Assembly (NCBI GenBank): GCA_012295275.1
Contig: CM022677.1
Span: 18,290,001-18,354,000, forward strand
Reading direction: 5' to 3'
Source of the DNA: Chrysomallon squamiferum
Lineage: Eukaryota > Animalia > Mollusca
DNA: 64,000 bases
The notes beneath the pieces are model-generated. The model did no database searches. It was not told the origin of the DNA and was given only the letters and a program-made list of their open reading frames with translations. Each line of letters starts with the position of its first letter. Positions within the stretch are counted from its first letter, which is position 1. Shown piece after piece: positions 24,559 through 62,894 of the stretch. A program made the translations under genes and the position numbers.

Positions 24559-25330
24559 GATTATTGTACATGACAAAGACGTAAGCAATTAAATAAACTA
24601 TTACATCAGTCGTTATTCCAGTACCTGCCTGACTTGAGCTATTAATAGACAGGGACAACTCTTGTCATCCACGTCACCTTTGACACGCCGTTTACCTGAG
24701 TCATACAACAGCTGAGAGAACTCGGAGGTCTTCGTAACTCCTCGGACGACATCGTCGTTTTCTGTACCAGTCGGAATGCTCGCGTTCGGAACATTTCGAT
24801 AAATATCGACTGATAAATAAAACTGGTTCGGCGGCCTGTTCTCAGTAACAAAAATCGAACAATAAATATTAAGTATTAATAAAGGTTTCATTTTATTTTA
24901 TTTTATTTTATTTTAATATGTCTTTTTATTATTTATCGATAGGGTTATTTGGTAACAAAGTGTGGGTTAAAAGGTGTTGGAACAGTCGATAAACGCTATT
25001 ATTGATTTAAGCGTTAAACGTAACATTCCCAATACAATTATTAGTCCACCTTAAACTTGTATAGCAACAAGGAATGTATAAATCAATATTTTCTTTATTG
25101 ACAATCAAGACATTAATATTAATGTTCGTAAGATATAATCAACGGATACATACTACGCATGGGGGAAGGCGAAGGTGCGTACGCATCGCTGTAGTATGTT
25201 GAGGTTTGTCTGCGAAAGATTAAAAAAAAGAAAAAAGAAAAAAAAGAGTATTCCGATGATGAAGTATGAAATGTTGACATGATCCCAAAACCCCTAGCAA
25301 CACGGAGATTTGGTGTTTTTTTTGTTTTTT

Positions 25331-25421
<91 letters not shown>

Positions 25422-25969
25422 ATTATAAGGATTATATCTGCTGTTAAGAAACTTGATGCCGCCTTTTTGCTGGCAAGAAGTATCGATTATAGCAACGGAT
25501 GTTTTATATCGACTTTACAAACAGGCACATAGACACTGTTGTTTAATGTTACAGGTGTGTCGCGTTGCCTGGAACGGGAAAATAGCGGCAAGGACTGGAA
25601 ACGTTGATAAATGCGTTTCAGGCTCATCAGTTAGCCTGTGCTATAGTTTAAGTAACAGTATAATCATAATGTTGATCAATAACAACAACATCAGCAAAAG
25701 ATTTGAAACAAAATTTAAAAAAATGAAATAATAATTTAAAAAAAAACAAGTGAAAAAAAACAACCCTCAAACTTGACAGAAGAAAACAAACAAGAAACCC
25801 CTCCCAACCCCCCATAGAAAACAAAGCAGCCAAAAAAACCCCAAAAAAAAAAACCCCCATAAAATCCCCAACAACACCAATTAAACATAATAAAAGATGT
25901 GTTTTACTATACTACTACTACTACTACTACTACTACTACAACTACTACTACTACTTCTACTACTACTAC

Positions 25970-26021
<52 letters not shown>

Positions 26022-26417
26022 TTAACGATCTCATACTTCCGTATAACAAGGTTGCTAGATTTATCTCCCTTCGTACGAAATTAAAAGGCTCTAATGTGAC
26101 ATGTAGGTAAAACAGGATAATTGAAAAGTAAACGCGTATGATAGAATGTATTGAAACAGAATAAAACAGAGAACTGATGCATATTAATAACGAGAAAACA
26201 AATAATAAAAAGAAAGACGGAAGAGAGCAAGAAAGAATTAATAAGCATAATGATGACAATAAGAAAAATGATAAGGGAAAGGATGATTTCTTAGCTTTAT
26301 TTTCTTCTACAACTACTATATTATAACTACTACTACTGCTACCACCATTACTACTACTATTATTACCACTACTACTGATGATGCTACAAGGAAACAAAAT
26401 ACACAATTTCTTCTAGA

Positions 26418-26449
<32 letters not shown>

Positions 26450-26545
26450 AATAAAACTTTAGCTATAGACGGCTCCCTGAGATAAACTCATAAAGAAACA
26501 TATAACTGAGGGGAAATGCATAACTAACACAGAACATACTATATG

Positions 26546-26613
<68 letters not shown>

Positions 26614-26894
26614 GAAGAAGAAGAAGAAGAAGAAGAAGAAGAAGAAGAAGAAGAAGAAGAAAATGAAAATATAGTTACCATTTTAAAAAGTTTACCACAC
26701 AGTTTCATAAATATATCCGTAGGGCCGGTTTTAACTGGAATGAGGTCAAAGGTTATGAAACCTCAGAAATCCATTTAGTGATAAGAGAATGAAGTTGTAT
26801 AAAAACGGCTTTTATAGTTTATGCACTTCTGTGTTTTCGGTTCCTTTTGAGCAAAGAACTTTACAAAATTTACGATTAGATTCTGTTTCTGTAT

Positions 26895-26976
<82 letters not shown>

Positions 26977-27767
26977 CCTCTGACGCACTACAACTGTCAC
27001 GTCAACAATTACATGACGTCATATATAAACACTCCTAATACAAAAAGCGTCATTTGAAAAGTGACCTTTCGTCGTAGACATGCTTCAGAACAGCTTGCTC
27101 TGATAATCACGTTGATTTTTTTCACTTCACTTCACTTCAGTGACATTTTCAGGAAACAGAAAAAAAAAAAAAAAAAAAATCCAGGAAGGTGCAACCACTC
27201 GATAACGACAAAACGATTACGTGCAAAACATTCAACCAAAACTGACGTGCAGTATAAGCTGATATGAACATTACAATTTTTTTGTTTAGTTTCCGTCAGC
27301 AGATATCGTTCATTGATCGATGAATTAATTCTCAAAATTGCTAAACTGATTTATGGATTTCACAGAATCCAAGGAGCTTTCGAAACTTCGCAAAAGTCCG
27401 GTAGAAGATCGAATGTTTTCGGAGAAGAATTCGTGACGTCAGAAGTAAAAAACGTGGGATTAATGTCCAGCGACGACGTATATCTATTATTTTTATTTAT
27501 TACCTTACTTACTTACCTACGTTAAGATAATATTGTAGGGGTCAAGATGGAATCTACTGAATATACAAATACAACTAACTCACTTTCATATATACACATA
27601 TGCATGAACATGCATTCCCACAGATACACGTGTACTCAAATACGCACATGTACACACATGCATATATCCATGCATGCATACATACGAACATACATACGTA
27701 CGAACGTACACACCCATATGCATACATAATTATACAGACGCACACACACACACACATATGCATGCAC

Positions 27768-27800
<33 letters not shown>

Positions 27801-28155
27801 CAAAATACATCCATGTTCTTATTGGTAGTCAAATGGTGTCATAGTCCGCCTTAAAAATGTTTTCTTCGAACTGTTGCCCTAAGTTCAAGTCTCGTCAGAT
27901 CTAAGCACATACTTACTTCTCAGTGTCCGGTTTCCCACGAAAGTAAATCCACCGGAAAATAACGAACGACAAAGAAAATGGTACTAGAAAGCGATGACTG
28001 TCTTCAGTTACTAAGTAAACGTTTCTAAGGTCAGAATGCGTTTACGTTTTACGTTTGTGACGTCATGACTGGACTTCGTTCTCCAGTGCAAGTGTGTTCC
28101 CCAGTATTTTCTATGTGCAAAGTCTAATCAGACATACGTACGTAATTATATGTAT

Positions 28156-28237
<82 letters not shown>

Positions 28238-28276
28238 TCAAAAGAAGAAAATTAAAAAAAAAAATAAATACAAAAT

Positions 28277-28412
28277 TAAGTTTGTAGAGGATTTTATTTT
28301 TTTTATTTTTTTTTAAATATGTTTTTCTCAGATAATTATATATATATATGTAATTATTTGAGAATGGATTTAAATTTTTGTTTTTTTTTAAATAAAATCC
28401 TCTACGAACTTA
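28277..28412. repeat. ~135-bp imperfect palindrome (MITE-like hairpin)
   Basis: Outer arms TAAGTTTGTAGAGGATTTTATTT / AAATAAAATCCTCTACGAACTTA. Inner arms TTCTCAGATAATTA / TAATTATTTGAGAA around a (TA)n centre. Confidence 0.75.
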
Positions 28413-29151
28413 TATATATATATATATAAATATTTCTTCGGGGTATTAACGTATTAATATTTACATAACAACGCGCCTGTTTAATAATCTAAACATCAAC
28501 ACGATTAGCAGAGATAACCGCATTCATTTTTCTTCCTACCTTTAATATTTATTACATAGTAGCAATACCAGCCGTTTGATAAGCTTAACTCCTACTCGTT
28601 TGGTTTGGCAGGCAGCACATAACCATTATTATATACCTGAAAGATAAAAGAAAGAACTAGAAGAAGAACAAAGCTTAATCGATCAGTGTCTTCTGCAAAA
28701 TGTATCTCTTTTTTAACTATTAATCACCATTTACGTCAAAGGCCCGCCATCTTTAGCCGTCTGACAATAGCGCCGTTTTGTTAACCCACTTACAATACAG
28801 TGTTGTTATCCAATGTCACGTGACCTTGCGATGTCACCGCAGTTATTAATCAAAGCACCTAATATAGACACATTTGTCAATTGCAATTGCTACAGACGCT
28901 ATTTGTTATTATTTTATTTTGTGTGTGTGTGTTTTTATGTGGAATTTATTGTTTTTATTTTTATGGTATTTTTATTTTTTTATTTTTTTATTTTTTGTAC
29001 CGTAAATATTATTGTATAAGGTTGTTAGTTTTATTCTGTTTTATTTTATTTGTTTTTGTTTTGTTTTATTATGTTTTTGCTTACGTTATTTATTTATTTA
29101 TTCATTCATTCATTCATTCATTTCATCTTCTTCTTCTTCTTCTTCTTCTTC

Positions 29152-29183
<32 letters not shown>

Positions 29184-29263
29184 AGGAATATGAAGAAAAG
29201 GTTTAATACATAATGAAAGATTAAAATAAATAAATAAATAAAGTACAGATTTGTTTGGACACA

Positions 29264-29446
<183 letters not shown>

Positions 29447-29854
29447 CTAAGTTGAACTATTAAAAATGTATTTACAGTAATGGGATATTTTTCGGATTTG
29501 ATGAGATGAAGAAATAATCTGAAAACATGATCAAAATCTTAACACAAAACTATTATATTTTATGTACAGCTTATACAAACAGTCTGCAAATTTTTTTACT
29601 ATAATATATTTAATAGTTTTATGCGTATTATTAAATTTTTGTACGCTTGTAAACCACGAGAGATCTATAGGATATCACCATTTTGGATTGTCTGAAAGAT
29701 TTTTGGAATTTGGGATAAGATATGACTAACCTGTATCAAAATAATAAATAATAAATAAATAAATAAATAAATAAAAAGAAAGAAGAAAAGAAAATTTTTT
29801 CATTTCGGTAAATACGGTAAACATAAAAAATCCGTGAGTCTTTTGAAACGATCT

Positions 29855-29920
<66 letters not shown>

Positions 29921-29979
29921 TAAGACGATATAAAAAAAAAAAAAAAATAAAAATAATCTATCAATCAATCAAAGCTCAG

Positions 29980-30020
29980 ATCTGACGAGATTGAACGTCA
30001 AACGTAAATATATAAATAAA
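29980..30020 (+). promoter_or_regulatory. TATA-box core promoter of Cys-rich paralog A
   Basis: TATATAAA at 30009-30016, about 90 bp upstream of the ATG, preceded by TGACG/ACGTCA half-CRE motifs. Confidence 0.5.
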
Positions 30021-30102
30021 TTTGCGCTGCAAAATATATTCGTCGGTTCTGAAGCAGACGTTAAAAGAAGCAGACGACATCAGAAGACCGCGAAAAATCA
30101 AA

Positions 30103-32402
<2,300 letters not shown>

Positions 32403-33406
32403 AAGGCGAAAGTAAGTTTTAAAAAGTTATTTTACAATCACACACACATACACACACACACACACATATATATTACTTTTAATAATTTCTTTAGAGACAC
32501 AGACATCGATTAAAGCTTAAATACGCGTGTATTTTGTCTCATTTATAAAATCACGTACATAAATTTGATGATGTCACAGACATAGACGCTAAAATCAGAT
32601 GACGTCACGGAGAAAGACCCTAACTCAGATGACGTCACAGGGATAGATGTACATACAGACATTCATAGATTAACTCTGATTTAGATAAAGAGATAAAAAG
32701 GTTGAGGTACAGATCTAGCTAGATAAAACACGCACACACACGCACACATACGCGCACACACATACACTCAAAAACCCCAACAAAAAACAGACTTGGACTG
32801 AATTTCAAATAAAGTGATTTCAAAGGAAAAAAGAAAATATTTTTTAACTTACTTTTTTTTTTTTTTTTTTTATTGCAGATGAAATTCGACACTGGTCGTT
32901 CGTTTTCGGTTCCTGTCGGCTGTTTCCGTTAATCCTTTATTTAACCTACGGAAACGAAGTTTCGAATTCCGTTAGAAAAAAACAAAATCAGGAATACAAC
33001 ATTGATTTTTATTACTGGAATCCTTTTGTGATTTATACTTTTGTATGTAGTTTAACTCAATAAATCAATATGAGAAACTTACGTATTTTGTTTTATATCT
33101 ATCTCACTGTACCTGTCTGTCTATATGTTTGTTTGTCTGTCTGTCTGTCAATATATCTGTCCGTCCGTCTATCTGTCTCCCTGTCTGTCGGTCTCTTTAG
33201 CCGTCTGTCTATCTACTAATCATTAAATTAATCATTCAGTTTATTTATCTACCTATGTATGTGTGCTTATCTATCTGTGACTCTCTATCTATACATCTCT
33301 CTCTATGTATAATCTCTCTCACCTGCGCGCGCACACACACACATATACAACCAGATACACCCAAATACAACACACACTCACACTTACACAGACACACTCA
33401 CACATA

Positions 33407-33445
<39 letters not shown>

Positions 33446-33800
33446 ACTCTCTCCTTTACAGAGAAAGAATAAAAAAAAGTGTGTTTGTATGTATGATTCT
33501 TATGTACGTATGTGTTTATATCTGTGTGCATAATAAAATTATATATGCGATAGGTAAGCCAAAAAAAAAAATAAAACAGAACAGAATAAATTAAAATATA
33601 ATAAAAAAATAATAAAATAAATAAAATAAAATAAAATAAAATTAAATTAAATTATGATAAAAAATAAAATAAAATAAAAAAATAAAACAGAATAAAACTG
33701 AATAAATTAATTGATTTTTTCTTCATTTTACTGGACTTTTTTTTAATTATTCATTTATTTTATGTTTAATTTCTTTTACGTATTAACTTTCTATACCTTC

Positions 33801-33908
<108 letters not shown>

Positions 33909-33988
33909 AGAACCTAGCGATCTAAATCCGTTATAGTTTATGTCACTAAATTTCTGTTACGTAATCATTTGACATGACAGCTTTGTCA

Positions 33989-34090
33989 TGATGACGTAAT
34001 AACTGACTTATACGTCAACGAGACAGACAACAACCTGAAGACAGAAAAGAGACAGCCTCTTGTGACGTAATAACAGGTGTATAAATATCC
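33989..34090 (+). promoter_or_regulatory. TATA-box core promoter of Cys-rich paralog B
   Basis: TATAAATA at 34080-34087, about 55 bp upstream of the ATG, with two TGACGTAA and one ACGTCA motif in the preceding 100 bp. Confidence 0.55.
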
Positions 34091-34136
34091 TGTGGGTTTT
34101 GCGGTTTGCCTGCAGTTATTTTTGTAAAAGGGAAAA

Positions 34137-36707
<2,571 letters not shown>

Positions 36708-37526
36708 GTTCGCGAGGAATCGTTCATATTCGGAAATACTCGGTTATTCTCGTCAATGACTTTTCATCCAGAAAGTTCGGTTAAGAAATCTTTGAATAGT
36801 GTGAAATAAATATGTTTGTCAAGAATGGTTCTGTCTTGGTTTATTTGTTTTTACTAATCCATTATGTAAATTTATTTAACAGACATACACATGCGCACGC
36901 ACACTCACACGTACCATATACGGAAATTGTGGATTTTAACTACGGATACTTAACATTGCATAAAATGAAAGCAGTGTATACATTCAAGATCAGTATGCAC
37001 CGGTACAGCAACACACGCACATTAAAAATTAACATTCTAACATGTTTACCTTGTAATAAACGTCACCTCTGTCATTCAAGAATGGTAACTCTGGCACACC
37101 AACGAAAAGACATTAATTAAAATACGAACATGTTATCATGTTAACTGTGAAATAAACGTTAACCTACCAATAGTAATGCCTTAGGCACTGACAGAAACAC
37201 AAACTCTGTACAAAAAACAACAACGACAGCAACAACAGCAACAGAAACAACAACATCATAACAAACCATACGTCAACACTAACACGCTAACAATTTAACT
37301 CTATGTATCGGAAACAGACTAGGATTATAAGATTTTTACTTTTTATATATATATTTTTTCTATTGATTAATTTTACTTGAAATAATGCAATAAATTTTAT
37401 TTTATTTTAGATACACGCAGCAACAGCAACAACAACGACGACAACAACAATAATAATAGTAGTAATAGTAATAATAGTAATAATAATAAAATAATAATAA
37501 TAATAATAGTAGTAGTAGTAGTAGTA

Positions 37527-37615
<89 letters not shown>

Positions 37616-37823
37616 AAGTAACAATAATAACAATAATATACAATAAACCTGTACGTACGGTTTTAACCTTTGACCCGTTTATTCTACATCTACTGCCAAA
37701 CGACTCTCATATAAAAATATTTACTTCTAACGAGAAGAGTTGAACTCACAAACTACCGCTTCACACTCCCAATACTTAACCACACAAATATGCAAGCTGT
37801 TACAAGATGAATGCTGGTCACAC

Positions 37824-37859
<36 letters not shown>

Positions 37860-38090
37860 CGCTGTAGATTTGAGCCCGTAGTTTCGTAATTCTGGATTTC
37901 TTAATCACCATGAGTCTCTGAAGGTCATAAATAAGATTTGCTACACAGCTGTGTTTTGGTCACGTAGTCCTGCAGTGTTTTTAAAACGCTGTGGTGATTT
38001 TGTTCTCTGTTACAGCTGATTTTATTTGTGTGAATGTGTTTTACCTGCTGCGTCAGAAGTTGTCACGTGTGTTTGTGAGTACACGTATGT

Positions 38091-38174
<84 letters not shown>

Positions 38175-38250
38175 GGTGATTTGTTTGTAAATTAGAAATA
38201 TAGAGCGGTTTCTTTTTTCTTTTCTTTCCTTTTTTTCTTTATTTCTTTAC

Positions 38251-38287
<37 letters not shown>

Positions 38288-38293
38288 TTCATA

Positions 38294-38332
<39 letters not shown>

Positions 38333-38421
38333 TTTATTGATTCGTGTAAGTCTTTGTGAAAGTGTAAACGCTTTACAAATACTGGAAAAATCAGTTCATT
38401 TCGATTTCAGCATTTTCCGTA

Positions 38422-41714
<3,293 letters not shown>

Positions 41715-42118
41715 AGCGATTGCGCAGTCGCAGAGGAAGTGACGTTTTGAATGAAAGAAAGAGTGCAGTGGTAAAAAGAATAGTGTTCTTAAAAAAAAAA
41801 AAAAAAAAAAAGAAAGAAAATAATATCAATTGAAATAAAGATAAAATTAAAAATTGAAATCGTTGTTTTCATTCTGTTAATATTATTATAATACTTTTTA
41901 TTTGTCCATATACCGATCGTGCAATATTTTAACATTAATTAAAATTACAACAGTTACTACTATTGCTACTGCTGCTGTTCCTACTACTACTACTACTTCT
42001 TCTGCCACTACTACTACTACACTTACTGCTGCTTGTGCTGATGCTACATGTACTACTACTAATAAATATAATCATAACATCAGCTACACCAACAATAACA
42101 ACAACAACAGTGAGAACG

Positions 42119-42163
<45 letters not shown>

Positions 42164-42243
42164 TAATGATATTGATAATAATAATAATAATGTTATGATA
42201 ATAATATTAATGATTATGATGACGATAGTGATGATGATGATGG

Positions 42244-42274
<31 letters not shown>

Positions 42275-42714
42275 AATAATAATAATAATAAAAACATACA
42301 CATAGTTCTTATACTAAACAAAACTCACACGACAACACACAGATGGAATATATAAACATACATTTTCCCACAAGCATAAATTAGTAATTAAACCAAATGT
42401 GCATACATTGACCTACCTCGCTGCTGAAAATGGATGGGGCAGAAGTTTTCGTCTTCAAGCATTACAAGTACGGTTTACCCCAAGACGGCAGATTCAAAGT
42501 ATTGTAGCTTTCGGATATATGCGACGTCAAACTATTCTTTATTATGACGTCATCAGACAAAGCTAAGCAACGCTGCTGTTTGTTTACGTTTATTTTCACG
42601 ATCTTTTTGACGGTCTTCATTTATTTTATTTTATTTTATTTTATTTTATTATTTTTCTATTCATCATAACCGTCATCATCATCATCATCATCGTCATCAT
42701 CATCATCGTCGTCG

Positions 42715-42751
<37 letters not shown>

Positions 42752-43036
42752 TGTCGTCGTCATCATCATCATCATATTATTATTATTATTATAATTATTA
42801 CTATTATTTTATTTTCTTCTTCTTCTTTCTTTGTTATTTAAAGTAACATTATTGGTGCGTTATTATTTATTATTAATGTTGTTGTTTGCTTCTTGAAATT
42901 ACTATTGTTTTTGATGTTATTGTTTTTATTATTATTGTTATTGCTGATGTTTTTTGGTTGTTGTTTTTCTTATTATCGTTGATGTTGATTTTGTTGTAAT
43001 TATTATTGTTATCGTTAATTTTGTTTTTGTTGTTGC

Positions 43037-43081
<45 letters not shown>

Positions 43082-43636
43082 CGCTATTAATGTTTTTGTT
43101 TTGTTGTTGGTGCTGCTGTTGTTACTGGGTGTCTCTATCTCACTCTGTATCTCACAGATGCTCACTCATTCTCTTACTCACTGACTCTCACTCACGTCCT
43201 TCGCACACATTCTTTCATTTCGTCCTCTCAAATAAACACTCAAAATCTTCAAATTTCAAATTAACAATTTATAAACATTAATAAAGTTTATTTTTAATTT
43301 CATAATCAATAAGTAGTGTTCTATAAAAAAAAATAAAAAATAAATAATTAACAAAAAGAAAAATCAATATATATTTTTATTTAATCTCACCTTTATTGTC
43401 AAAGTAATAATAATAATAATAACAGATTACACAGTATTTATATTTTCTTTCTTACAGATATACACAGGCAAAAAAATAATTTCATATACTTAGTATGTCA
43501 CTAAAAATCACAAGAATGGATAAGAATATTAAATAAATAAATAAATAAAAACAAAGAGAAAAAGCATGAATTTTTTATATCGAATGTAAACATTTATATT
43601 AATAAAATAAAAATATGCATTTAAAAATAATATCAA

Positions 43637-43713
<77 letters not shown>

Positions 43714-44319
43714 GAAAATGCATTTCGGAAACTGTAATCACATTGGCTGGTTACAAAAAGCTCTTTTCAAAGGTTAACCTCTATTTTCCCCCATTCTCTT
43801 TATGTTTTCTTCATCAATCAAAACTTCTTCAGTTTTAATCTTCTCTGACATTCTGCAACAAAATAATAACAGTATAACAACAACAACAACAACAACAATA
43901 CTAGATAGATAGACAGACAGAGAGATGTTTAGATAGATAGACAGACAGAGAGACAGACAGACAGATAGACAGACAGAGAGATGTTTAGATAGATAGGATA
44001 CAGACAGTTAGAGAGGTAGGTAGGTAGGCAGGAAGGTAGATAGGTATATAGATAGATAGTTAGATAGATAGATAGATAGACATATATACAGAGAGACTTA
44101 CCAATAGATATATAGATAGATAGGCAGACAGACAGATAGATAGATAGATAGATAGATGGATAGATGGATAGATGGATAGATAGATGGATAGATTAGATTG
44201 TTACTTAGGTAGGTAGATACCTAGACACATATATAGGTAGATTGGTGTATAGAGAGGTAGAAAAAGAATCAGTCAGATAAACAGTAGGTAGGTAGGAAGA
44301 TAGGCAGATAGGCTGGTAG

Positions 44320-44353
<34 letters not shown>

Positions 44354-44485
44354 ACATATATATATATATATACACACATACACACATATATATATATATG
44401 CATGTATTATGTATATGTATGTATATATGATAATTTTGATGATGATGATGATGCTGATGATGATTTACCTTTGTTTCTCTTCGAT

Positions 44486-59987
<15,502 letters not shown>

Positions 59988-60283
59988 TTTCACTGCTTCT
60001 CGCTTTCTCTGTGAACTGCAAACCTTTCTAAACGCGACAAACTTAAAGTCTGCGCACTCTTCTCTTTGCCTGCAGTCAAACGAGTTGTCAGCGAAGATGA
60101 AAAATTTATTGTTTCGGGAAGAACGGACTGACGTAGAGACATAATGGATTACCCGCGAAACTTTAACCTCTCGTGCGCACGCTCTCTAAAGGTCACATGC
60201 GCACGATGACCCTCGTGAAAAGGTTTTGAACACGAAACATTAAAGGTGCGTGTGTTATTCGGAAACGGGGTAAAAAAAAAAAA

Positions 60284-60318
<35 letters not shown>

Positions 60319-60835
60319 GAATCCAAAAAAATAAATAATAATAAAATAAATAAATAATAATAAATAATAATAATAAAAAACAGGACAGAAATATTTCACA
60401 AATGTTTCTAAGAGTCTCTGTATTAAATGTGTTCTCTAAGCATCACGACAAATATCTGACGTGTTTCGTTTTGTCATTTTTTTTTTTTTTTTTTTTTTGC
60501 GGTTATTTATTTTTGGCTGTTTATTTTTGTTATTTATAAACATATAAAAATATATTAATGTTAATGTTTGTGGTATAGTATTTATTGTTTATGTGTTTAT
60601 CTAATGTGTCTTTTTTCGTTCGCTGAATTAATTATTTCTCTCCTTGCCTTTTCTGTCGAGTTTATTTTTGTCGCTTTTCTTCGTTCGTTAATCATTTGTT
60701 TTTGTTCAAGCATTCTTTAAGTAACTGTTGTATTGTTTCTACATATATATATATATATATACACACACATACATATATTTAGTTATAAACAAAGATCTAT
60801 TTATTTATCTCAGTAAATGCTTTTGGTTCTTTGTT

Positions 60836-60915
<80 letters not shown>

Positions 60916-61500
60916 GCTGTTAATTGTACTAATATTTTAGCTGTCTGAATTATTATTATTACACAATTAGTACAATGGTCCTGCAACAACTATTCAGCTA
61001 CTACTACTACGATGACGACGGCACACAACACCTACTACTACAGCTTCTACTACTACACTATTACAACTACTATATCTATTATTATTATTATTATTATTAT
61101 TGCTGCTGTTGTTGTTGTTGTAGTTTTTGTTGTTGCTGTTGTTATTTTCACAACAACGAAACAAAGTAACTGACGTTAAATGATAATTAACCACTCGTCA
61201 AACGCCGGTATATATCGTACATTTCCGGTGCGAGCGGAATCACCCGATCCATTACAACGACTAAGCTTCCGGACGCTAATAAACAATATCGGCGGAAATA
61301 GGGTAACGCGGTTTCTGACAAAACAAAGAACTGATTATACATGTGAACGACTGAAGGCAGCACGACCGGTCAAAAGATCAGTACTCTGTAAGTCATGTCT
61401 TGCATTATATCCCATTCTAGCTATTGCTCTTTATTAATATAATTCCTTCTCATATATGTATCTATACTTCTATCTGTATATCTGTCTATAAATGTGTGTA

Positions 61501-61514
61501 TGTATGTATACGTG

Positions 61515-61545
<31 letters not shown>

Positions 61546-61578
61546 CATACATACATACATACATAAAGACACACGTAC

Positions 61579-61610
<32 letters not shown>

Positions 61611-61624
61611 CACGTATACATACA
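61501..61624. repeat. Inverted repeat / hairpin
   Basis: TGTATGTATACGTGAC(AC)n(AT)n pairs with (AT)n(GT)nGTCACGTATACATACA. Arms are about 44 bp. Confidence 0.75.
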
Positions 61625-61654
61625 TATATAAAAACAATTATAGACAGATATAAG

Positions 61655-61768
<114 letters not shown>

Positions 61769-62297
61769 GAGAGAGAGGGAGGGAGGGAGGGAGAGAGAGA
61801 ACGATAGAGATAGAGAGAGATAGAGAGAGAGAGCTATGTTAAGTCGTATTCAATCCACACTGAAAGGTCAAAGTTCGGTGTTGTGTTTTAGCGACGTCAA
61901 GGACGGCGAGAGTGATGACAAAACTGCACAACAATGACGTGGATACATAAATAAGGACTGTGACACCTCCCCTCCACAGCAACGCAGGTGTTCAGTAAAC
62001 ACCAGTGCACTAAACCACGCCAGACGAACAAGTCAGATTAGACTGTGACTGAAATAATAACATCTTCATGTATCTGGGATCTTTTGGTTATATGTTGCTT
62101 TACTTCTCAGTTTGTATATATACACACAGATATATATATATATATATATATATTAAACACATAGATACATACATATATACATACATACATACATACATAT
62201 ATATATAAATATATATGTATGTATGTATGTATATTTATATTAGTTATTAAATAGACTATATATATAATATAAATTAATATAAATACACACATCTATG

Positions 62298-62378
<81 letters not shown>

Positions 62379-62534
62379 CTAATAGTTATTAACATTCAAA
62401 CAAAGCAGTAAAACTTTTATAATTTGTCTGCATTTTATATTCTTTTAATTCTTTAACAAAATCCCCAGAAACAAAAATCAATAATAATAATATAAATAAT
62501 ACTAATAAATAATAATTACAATAATAATAATAAC

Positions 62535-62567
<33 letters not shown>

Positions 62568-62661
62568 GCTAATAATACTACTATTGTAATAAATAATAAT
62601 GACACTAATAATAATTTTCAGTATTCAGTACCCAGTAACCAAATTATGTATTTAAAAGTTT

Positions 62662-62805
62662 ATGTCTTGCACATCGTCTAACTCAATGTTTGCTTTGCAT
62701 CAGAAGAGAGCACGACGGAGATTAGATCCCAGCATGATTGGCTTGCCAACTGACTTCAGACACACGACACACATAGGTTCCAGTGATGTGGGCAACTCAG
62801 TACAG
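62662..62805 (+). CDS. CDC42SE: CRIB-motif protein, CDC42 small effector (CDC42SE/SPEC)-like; first coding exon, gene incomplete in window
   Basis: MSCTSSNSMFALHQKRARRRLDPSMIGLPTDFRHTTHIGSSDVGNSVQ followed by a GTGAG donor, with an acceptor at 62621. A basic stretch plus D.SMIG.PT.F.HT.H.G is the CDC42SE-type CRIB. The N-terminal CC motif typical of the family is not seen. Confidence 0.72.
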
Positions 62806-62859
62806 GTGAGTCAAACACTTAGTTTGTTAATTGTTACAGACAGAGAGAGAGAGGGAGAG

Positions 62860-62894
<35 letters not shown>

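Noticed and set aside
24680-24710. Neuropeptide precursor suggested by GKRR
   Set aside because: A single site, with no signal peptide or repeated peptide copies in a supportable gene model.
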